From contig JAFGHC010000030.1 in NCBI GenBank assembly GCA_016939335.1, positions 79,230-124,912 on the forward strand: 45,683 bases of DNA, given 5' to 3'. Source of the DNA: Candidatus Saganbacteria bacterium (GTDB lineage: Bacteria; Margulisbacteria; WOR-1; O2-12-FULL-45-9; XYB2-FULL-48-7). Positions 39,433-45,683 of the stretch are shown in pieces (positions within the stretch are counted from its first letter, which is position 1; each line of letters begins with the position of its first letter). The notes under the pieces are model-generated. The model had not been told where the DNA came from, ran no database searches, and saw nothing but the letters and a program-made list of their open reading frames with translations. The position numbers were made by a program, and so were the translations under genes.

Positions 39433-40386
39433 CTACCTTTGTAAAGCCATGAACAACGCTAAGATCCCCAGAAAGAAACAGGCGACGTAGATCGAGAGCA
39501 CCGCTTCGCGCTGGGACAGCCCCGCGCGCAGCAAAAGATGGTGGATATGCCGGTTGTCGGCGGCAAAGAGGTTCCGGCGGTCCTTGAGGCGCCGGAAAAC
39601 GGCAAAGGCCGTGTCGAAGATCGGCACCGCCAGGACGATCAGCGGCAGGAAGAGAGCGACGACCAGTGTCGTCTTGAAAACGCCAATGATCGCCGAAGCG
39701 GCCAGCACAAAGCCGAGAAAGTAACTGCCGGAATCGCCTAAAAAGATCGAGGCCGGAAAAAAGTTGTAGCGCAGGAAGCCGAGCGCCGCGCCGGCCACCG
39801 CCAGCATCAGCAGCGCCGCACCGGGCTGATGCGTGCGCAGGGCAACCAGGAACAAGGTTCCGGCGGCGATCAGCGTCACCCCGGAGGCCAGCCCGTCAAG
39901 CCCGTCGATCAGGTTGACCGCGTTGGTCATCCCCACCAGCCAGACCAGGGTCAGGGGAACGGCGACCAGGCCGAGGGGAACAACGCCGGCCAGCGGATTG
40001 GTGACGAAAGAGATCTCCACCCCGAAATAGATCGCGACCGAGGCGCCGATGATCTGCCAGACCAGTTTGGCCATCGGTTTCATCCCTCTCATGTCGTCCA
40101 GCAGGCCGGCGAGCAGGACGATCGAGCCGCCGAGCAGGATGCCGAGGATCGGATGGGGATTGATCTTGATCCCGTGTTCGGCGCCGATCAGCAGGCCGAA
40201 AAGGACCGCGACCGAAAAACCGAAAAAGATGGCGATGCCGCCGGTGCGCGGGGTGCTCTGGGTATGGACTTTTCTCGCGGCCGGCCGGTCGACCGCGCCG
40301 ATTTCGGGGGCAAAACTGCGAACCATCGGGGTAAGTAAAATGGTCAATATCAGGGCGATCAAGAAGGTTGCAAAGAACGTAAGCAT
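39433..40386 (-). CDS. WecA/TagO-like undecaprenyl-phosphate GlcNAc-1-phosphate transferase (MraY family)
   Basis: GLLDD, NAVNLIDGLDGLA, FLRYNF.PASIFLGDSGS, HIHH.L. Confidence 0.92.
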   Translation of the reverse strand: MLTFFATFLIALILTILLTPMVRSFAPEIGAVDRPAARKVHTQSTPRTGGIAIFFGFSVAVLFGLLIGAEHGIKINPHPILGILLGGSIVLLAGLLDDMRGMKPMAKLVWQIIGASVAIYFGVEISFVTNPLAGVVPLGLVAVPLTLVWLVGMTNAVNLIDGLDGLASGVTLIAAGTLFLVALRTHQPGAALLMLAVAGAALGFLRYNFFPASIFLGDSGSYFLGFVLAASAIIGVFKTTLVVALFLPLIVLAVPIFDTAFAVFRRLKDRRNLFAADNRHIHHLLLRAGLSQREAVLSIYVACFFLGILALFMALQR

Positions 40387-40451
40387 TACGGGATAATATT
40401 ATACCACTTCCCCTGTCCAAAGTCCAACCAGCGTGGTAAAATTATCGCATT

Positions 40452-41024
40452 ATGATGAAAGACCAGATCGAGAACGAGCTCAAAGCCAGCATCGAGACCA
40501 AGGAACAGGTCCTGCAAAACCTTGTCCCCCAGATCGAAAAAGCCGCCCGGCTGATGACAGACGCGCTCAAGGCCGGCAACAAGATCATGTTCTTCGGCAA
40601 CGGCGGCTCGGCGGCCGACGCCCAGCACCTGGCTGCGGAACTGATCAGCCGGTTCATGCTGGAAAGAAGGTCGCTCCCGGCCATCGCCCTGACCACCGAC
40701 ACTTCGATCATCACCGCCGTCGGCAACGACTATTTATTCGACAACATCTTTGCCCGGCAGATCGAAGGGCTGGCCAAACAGGGCGACATCGCTTTCGGCC
40801 TCTCGACCTCCGGCAATTCAAAGAACGTCATTGCCGGGCTGGAAAAAGCCAAACAGCTGGGCTGCCGGACGATCGGTCTGACCGGACAGGGAGGCAAGAT
40901 CGGCGCGCTGGCCGAGCTCGCGCTCAAGGTCCCGGCCACCGTCACCCCGCGCATCCAGGAAAGCCACATCACGATCGGCCACATCCTCTGCCATCTGATC
41001 GAACAGGAGCTCTTCGGCCAGTAA
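40452..41024 (+). CDS. gmhA: D-sedoheptulose 7-phosphate isomerase
   Basis: GNGGSAADAQH.AAEL, STSGNS.NV, TPRIQESH. Confidence 0.95.
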   Translation: MMKDQIENELKASIETKEQVLQNLVPQIEKAARLMTDALKAGNKIMFFGNGGSAADAQHLAAELISRFMLERRSLPAIALTTDTSIITAVGNDYLFDNIFARQIEGLAKQGDIAFGLSTSGNSKNVIAGLEKAKQLGCRTIGLTGQGGKIGALAELALKVPATVTPRIQESHITIGHILCHLIEQELFGQ

Positions 41025-41443
41025 TGAAAGAGCGAACCCAGCGCTTCGGCGTCTCGATGGACGACTCGCTGCTGCACGAACTCGACCGGTTCATCCGCCG
41101 GAAAGGCTACGCCAACCGCTCGGAAGCGATCCGCGATTTCGTGCGCGAAAACCTGGTGGAGGAAGAATGGGCAACTAACAAGCCGGTGGTCGGCACCGTC
41201 ACGCTGGTCTACGACCATGATGAACTGGAGCTGCCGAAAAAACTGACCGATCTGCAGCACCATTTCCACAAAGAAGTGATCTCGACCACGCATATTCACC
41301 TTGACGAGCACAACTGCCTGGAGATCCTGGCGCTCAAGGGACAGGGGGCAAGGGTCAAGGCGATCGCCGACAAGCTGATCGCGGCCAAAGGGGTCAAGCA
41401 CGGCAAGCTGGTCATGACGACGACCGGCCGGGAACTGGCCTGA
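41024..41443 (+). CDS. nikR: Nickel-responsive transcriptional regulator NikR
   Basis: RFGVSM, NRSEAIRD, LVYDH, HIHLDEHNCLE; ATG overlaps the gmhA stop (TAATG). Confidence 0.93.
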   Translation: MKERTQRFGVSMDDSLLHELDRFIRRKGYANRSEAIRDFVRENLVEEEWATNKPVVGTVTLVYDHDELELPKKLTDLQHHFHKEVISTTHIHLDEHNCLEILALKGQGARVKAIADKLIAAKGVKHGKLVMTTTGRELA

Positions 41444-41449
41444 AAGCAG

Positions 41450-42424
41450 ATGAAGGTAATTGTCACCGGCGGCGCCGGTTTTATCGGCAGTTGCTTCGTC
41501 GAAAAACTTAACCGGTCCGGGGAACAAGACATCATCATCGTCGACGAAGCGGGAGCCGCTGCCCGCTGGGGCAATCTGGCCGGCAAACAATACTCGGCCT
41601 GCCTGGAGAAGACCGATTTTCTCAAACAGGTGTCGGCGGAACATTTCTCAGCTTCGGTCAAAGCGCTGTTCCATATCGGCGCCTGCTCTTCCACGACGGA
41701 GCAAAACGCGGACTACCTGAAGGCGAACAACCTGGAATACTCCAAGACGCTGGCGCGCTGGGCGCTCCGTCACGGGATACCGTTCTTTTACGCCAGCTCC
41801 GCCGCGACTTACGGCGACGGCGCCCAGGGCTACAGCGACGCCGAAGAAAATATCCCCCGCCTCCGGCCGCTGAACCTTTACGGGCAGTCGAAACAGGACT
41901 TCGACCTCTGGCTGCTGGAGAACAAGCTCACGGGCAAGGTCGCCGGCTGGAAATATTTCAATGTCTTTGGGCCAAACGAATATCACAAGGGCGACATGCG
42001 CAGCCTGGTGCTCAAGGGGTACGAGCAGGTCAAGCAGGGCGGCAAGCTCCGTCTTTTTAAATCGTACCGGCCGGACTACCGGGACGGCGAGCAAAAGCGC
42101 GATTTTGTTTATATCAAGGACGTGATCGATCTGATGTGGGAGTTTTATCTCCATCCGAACGTCAAAGGGATATTTAACGTCGGGTCCGGCACCGCCCGCA
42201 GCTGGAACGACCTGGCCCGGGCCATCTTCGCGGCGCTCAAACTGCCGTCCCGGATCGAGTACATCGAGATGCCGCCCGTCCTGCGCGACAAATACCAGTA
42301 TTTCACCGAAGCCGACCTGAACAAACTGAAGCGAACCGGCCTGCCGTATAAAGTCACTTCCCTGGAAGCGGCCGTCAATGATTACGTCGTCAATTACCTG
42401 GAAAAAGGCGCCGCCCGCTTATAA
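41450..42424 (+). CDS. hldD: ADP-L-glycero-D-manno-heptose 6-epimerase
   Basis: VTGGAGFIGS, HIGACSSTTE, YASSAATYG, PLNLYGQSK, YFNVFGPNEYHKG.M, KYQYFTEAD. Confidence 0.93.
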   Translation: MKVIVTGGAGFIGSCFVEKLNRSGEQDIIIVDEAGAAARWGNLAGKQYSACLEKTDFLKQVSAEHFSASVKALFHIGACSSTTEQNADYLKANNLEYSKTLARWALRHGIPFFYASSAATYGDGAQGYSDAEENIPRLRPLNLYGQSKQDFDLWLLENKLTGKVAGWKYFNVFGPNEYHKGDMRSLVLKGYEQVKQGGKLRLFKSYRPDYRDGEQKRDFVYIKDVIDLMWEFYLHPNVKGIFNVGSGTARSWNDLARAIFAALKLPSRIEYIEMPPVLRDKYQYFTEADLNKLKRTGLPYKVTSLEAAVNDYVVNYLEKGAARL

Positions 42425-42426
42425 TC

Positions 42427-43350
42427 ATGAAGAAAATATTCGTCACCGGGATCAGCGGCTGCGTCGGGCACTATCTTTTCGACGAGCTCTCTGCCGAACC
42501 TGATTACCATCTTTATTTATTGGTCCGCGATCCCGCCCGCTTGCGGTTCAATTATAAAAACAACGCCCGGGTGACGGTCGTCACAGGCGATCTTGAGAAC
42601 ATCGGCCGGCACGCCGGCCTGATCAAAGAGATGGATTTTATCGTCCACGCGGCCGCCGACTGGGGCGCCCATGAGAACAATCTCGATCATTCGATCGATT
42701 TTTTCAACCTGATCGATCCCGCCCGCTGCCGGAAAGTCATTTATATTTCGACCGCCAGCATCCTCGGCCCGGACAATAAACCGGTGCCGGAAGCCGCCAC
42801 GCTCGGCACTCATTATATCCGCGGCAAATACCTGTTCCATAAAATATTGCCTGATCTGCCGGTCTATCCCAAAGTCATCACCCTCTTCCCCACCTGGGTC
42901 CTGGGCGGGGATACGGCCCATCCCTATTCCCACGCCACCGCCGGCATCCTGGGGATACGTTCCTGGCTCTGGCTGATCCGCTTTTTTAAGGTCGACGCCG
43001 GCTTCCATTACATCCACGCCAGGGATATCGCCAGGGTCATCAAACATCTTTTAAAAAACGAGGCCGAAGAGAAGGAATTCGTGCTCGGCAATCCCGCCGT
43101 GACCGCCGGGCGATTAATTGAGGCGATCTGCAATTATTTCGGCTGGCGGGTCTATTTTCAGCTGCCGATCTCCCTGCCGCTGGCGGTTTTCCTGGCCCAG
43201 GTCACCGGGCACAAATTACACCCGTGGGACCTTTACTGTTTCAAGCGGAGGAATTTCGTTTGCCAGGCCGTTAACGCGGCAAATTTCGGCCTGCCGTCCG
43301 GGCTGACCACGGTCCGGCAGGTCCTGGCCGACGCGGAGGGAAGATCATGA
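42427..43350 (+). CDS. NAD-dependent epimerase/dehydratase (extended SDR) family protein
   Basis: Rossmann motif FVTGISGCVG, H.AA.WG, YISTAS, YIRGK. Confidence 0.8.
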   Translation: MKKIFVTGISGCVGHYLFDELSAEPDYHLYLLVRDPARLRFNYKNNARVTVVTGDLENIGRHAGLIKEMDFIVHAAADWGAHENNLDHSIDFFNLIDPARCRKVIYISTASILGPDNKPVPEAATLGTHYIRGKYLFHKILPDLPVYPKVITLFPTWVLGGDTAHPYSHATAGILGIRSWLWLIRFFKVDAGFHYIHARDIARVIKHLLKNEAEEKEFVLGNPAVTAGRLIEAICNYFGWRVYFQLPISLPLAVFLAQVTGHKLHPWDLYCFKRRNFVCQAVNAANFGLPSGLTTVRQVLADAEGRS

Positions 43351-44519
43351 AACAAGGCATACCAAAGAACGTCGTCTGGCTCGGTTTCGTCAGTCTGTTC
43401 AACGACGTCGCTTCGGAGATGATCTACCCCATCGTTCCGCTCTTTCTGACGGTGACGCTCGGCGCGCCGATGACGGTCGTCGGCCTGATCGAGGGGATCG
43501 CCGAAGCGACCGCCAGCTTTTTAAAGGTTTTTTCCGGCTGGTTCTCCGACCTGATCGGGCAGAGAAAGCCGCTGGCGGTCGCCGGCTACGGCCTCGGGAC
43601 CATTGCGAAGCTGATGCTTTATCTCTCCTTCTCCTGGCCGCTGGTCTTGTTCGGCCGCTTCGTCGACCGCCTCGGCAAAGGGGTGCGCGTGGCGCCGCGC
43701 GACGCGCTGATCGCCGATTCGACGCCCAAAGAGATCCGCGGCGCCGTCTTTGGTTTTCACCGCTCGATGGACACCTTCGGCGCGGTCTGCGGGCCGCTGA
43801 TCGCCATCGGGCTGCTGGCGCTCTTCACCGCCAACTACCGGCTGATCTTCCTGATCTCTTTTCTTCCCGCGCTGGTTGGCGTTCTGGTCCTGCAATTTTT
43901 TGTGACGGAAGCCAAGCCCAAGGCCGCAACCAAGCCAAAAGTCACGCTGGCTTTCGATAATTTCGGCCGGCAATATTATTCTTTCCTGATCATCAGCCTG
44001 GTCTTCGCGCTCGGCAACAGTTCCGATGTTTTCCTGATCCTGCGCGCCAAGGACCTCGGCTTGCCGGCGATCCTCGTTATCTTCGCTTATGTCATTTATA
44101 ACGTATTTTATGCTCTGTTTTCCTACCCGGCCGGTGTGCTGGCCGACCGGTTCGGCTTCAAAAAGGTCTTGATCGCCGGCTTTCTGATCTTCGCGGCGGT
44201 CTACGCCGGTTTTGGCCTGGCCCGCAGCTCGCTCGCCGTCTGGTTCCTCTTCGCCATTTATGGCTTTTATATCGCCTTCACCGAAGGGGTCGGCAAGGCT
44301 TACATTTCCAACATCGCCCCGCCCGGCAAGGTCGCGACGGCGATCGGGCTTTATTATACGGTGACGGGCGCCGCCGTCCTGCTGGCCAGCGTGGCCGCCG
44401 GGTGGCTCTGGTCAACCTTCGGCGCGCCGGCGACTTTTTACTACGGCGCGCTGACCGCTCTGCTCGCCAGTGTTTTGTTCGCCGGGTTGGCGCTCAGCGA
44501 CCGAAGAAGACAAGATTGA
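43347..44519 (+). CDS. MFS transporter
   Basis: About 12 TM helices; SLFNDVASEM, GWFSD..G.RK, DRLGKGVR.APRDALIA, G.LADRFG. Confidence 0.92.
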   Translation: MKQGIPKNVVWLGFVSLFNDVASEMIYPIVPLFLTVTLGAPMTVVGLIEGIAEATASFLKVFSGWFSDLIGQRKPLAVAGYGLGTIAKLMLYLSFSWPLVLFGRFVDRLGKGVRVAPRDALIADSTPKEIRGAVFGFHRSMDTFGAVCGPLIAIGLLALFTANYRLIFLISFLPALVGVLVLQFFVTEAKPKAATKPKVTLAFDNFGRQYYSFLIISLVFALGNSSDVFLILRAKDLGLPAILVIFAYVIYNVFYALFSYPAGVLADRFGFKKVLIAGFLIFAAVYAGFGLARSSLAVWFLFAIYGFYIAFTEGVGKAYISNIAPPGKVATAIGLYYTVTGAAVLLASVAAGWLWSTFGAPATFYYGALTALLASVLFAGLALSDRRRQD

Positions 44520-44530
44520 ATTTTCTCTAA

Positions 44531-44590
44531 TATTCTGATAATCTGATATTCTGTATCCTTATTTTGAAGTTTGCGGTTTGAAGTTGGGAT
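44531..44590. repeat. Short degenerate 8-mer and 7-mer tandem repeats upstream of tRNA-Glu
   Basis: TATTCTGA TAATCTGA TATTCTGT, then TTTGAAG TTTGCGG TTTGAAG TTGGGAT. Confidence 0.5.
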
Positions 44591-44608
44591 TTCTCGCGCA
44601 GCGAGCCT

Positions 44609-44680
44609 GGCCCCATTGTCTAACGGTTAGGACGCGGCCCTCTCAAGGCCGAGGCGAGGGTTCGATTCCCTCTGGGGCTA
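44609..44680 (+). tRNA. tRNA-Glu(CTC)
   Basis: Acceptor GGCCCCA/TGGGGCT; anticodon arm CGGCC-CTCTCAA-GGCCG; T arm GAGGG-TTCGATT-CCCTC. Confidence 0.93.
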
Positions 44681-44702
44681 TTCTTTCGCTTGGATTTGGC
44701 CT

Positions 44703-45458
44703 ATGAATATTAATCAAGAATTATATACTCATCTTTCTTTTTGTCCTCTCTCTGAAATTCTTAAAGCAGAACAATATAATTCGAACAATGTCTTTGCGGC
44801 ATTTGACCAATTAGAAGAAAAGTATTATGTCGATAAAATAAGAGATTTATACTCAATAGCCAATAAAGGAGGGGATGTCTCATATTTAATTAGATTACAA
44901 TTATTACGTTTATCAGAAGTGAATTTTTTGTCCTCCATTTCAAATATTTTTCAGATGCACTATCGTATATCAATATTTTGTCTAAGAAATTCTGTCGAAA
45001 CTGCTTTATTTACCTACAAATACATTCAAGGAAAAAAGGATGCAGAAGACCTGGACTTAATATTTATCAAAAAAAGTGAGCACCCAGAACAATTTAAAAA
45101 AACATTTAATCAAAGCAAATTTCCAGAGACCGATCAAAGAATCTTCCCATTGAAAGAGACATGGGATTTGGTAAATGATTGGGGGTGCCATATTAATATG
45201 CAATCTGTTGCAACACATGTTAAATTGGCAGACAAAATCCTCGAAATCGCGTTTTTCGACGAGAGCTTAAGCGAGGTTATTAATTTGAGGAGAATAATTA
45301 ATTACATTATCAATGCTCACTTTAATATCCTTAATATTCATTATCAATCGTTAAAAGAAATAATTTGTGAGAAAGATTTTAACAAATTATTTGACTATTA
45401 TTCTGAATATGAAACTTTTAAAAAAGATAATCGTCAAGTCTTAGGGATTTTACAATAA
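44703..45458 (+). CDS. AT-rich hypothetical protein, possibly DUF5677/HEPN-like
   Basis: 251-aa ORF, much more AT-rich than the rest of the window; CLRNSVETA and WDLVNDWGCH resemble the LRxxxE and YxxLSxxxH motifs. Confidence 0.65.
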   Translation: MNINQELYTHLSFCPLSEILKAEQYNSNNVFAAFDQLEEKYYVDKIRDLYSIANKGGDVSYLIRLQLLRLSEVNFLSSISNIFQMHYRISIFCLRNSVETALFTYKYIQGKKDAEDLDLIFIKKSEHPEQFKKTFNQSKFPETDQRIFPLKETWDLVNDWGCHINMQSVATHVKLADKILEIAFFDESLSEVINLRRIINYIINAHFNILNIHYQSLKEIICEKDFNKLFDYYSEYETFKKDNRQVLGILQ

Positions 45459-45526
45459 AAGCCCCCTTTTACCACCGCTATCAGGACCCAATGGGCAACT
45501 TAACGGCCGACAGACTTTTTTCGCCA

Positions 45527-45598
45527 GAATTCATTGTCTAACGGTTAGGGCGCAGCCCCCTCAAGGCCGAGGCGAGGGTTCGATTCCCTCTGGAGCTA
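45527..45598 (+). pseudogene. Decayed full-length copy of tRNA-Glu(CTC)
   Basis: 72 nt colinear with 44609-44680, with 8 substitutions that weaken the acceptor and anticodon stems and change U33 to C. Confidence 0.85.
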
Positions 45599-45683
45599 AT
45601 TAAAGGGATAATGTCGAACTTCTTATTGGGGTGCTTACCCAATAAAGTTTTGACTATGTAATCGAAGGTTTTTCCCAATTCGA

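Noticed and set aside
40433..41443. 336-aa ORF suggesting a long NikR fusion
   Set aside because: Its N-terminal part is an alternative frame of gmhA; NikR homology starts at ATG 41024
45527..45598. Second tRNA-Glu copy as a functional or recoding tRNA
   Set aside because: Acceptor and anticodon stems have mismatches and U33 is replaced by C; treated as a pseudogene or att-like duplicate
45611..45661. Short ORF and hairpin (TTATTGGG...CCCAATAA) after the tRNA pseudocopy
   Set aside because: Only 16 codons and at the window edge; too little context to call

Overview
A GC-rich chromosomal window from a diderm bacterium (TolC, ADP-heptose genes gmhA/hldD, flagellar rod genes). Gene style resembles uncultured Saganbacteria/Margulisbacteria-like lineages, but this is inference only. 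Most genes are housekeeping: flgG/flgF-like, RmuC, UvrD-nuclease, pyrR, hppA, an ECF sigma-anti-sigma-Spy-TolC-MacAB module, sodB, msrB, rarA, nfo, larB/larC, pyrG, ybeY, murA, wecB, wecA-like, gmhA-nikR-hldD. There are four intact tRNA genes: Ser-CGA, Ser-GGA, Arg-GCG and Glu-CTC. The most notable signals are: (1) four dispersed orphan genes share a sigma28/FliA-like upstream motif (TGAAA-N15-GCCGATAA, exact in two) and one carries EreA/ChaN/TIKI-like motifs, suggesting a regulon of proteins possibly exported by a flagellar type III system; (2) an AT-rich, putative DUF5677/HEPN-like orphan lies between tRNA-Glu and a full-length decayed copy of it; (3) degenerate 7-9-mer tandem repeats, often in inverted pairs, occur between genes and are translated inside several proteins; (4) many genes have a leaderless layout (-10 box, 6 nt, start codon); (5) a flavodoxin appears to start at ACG; (6) a phosphohexomutase homologue lacks its catalytic motifs. 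No CRISPR array, integrase or transposase was seen.
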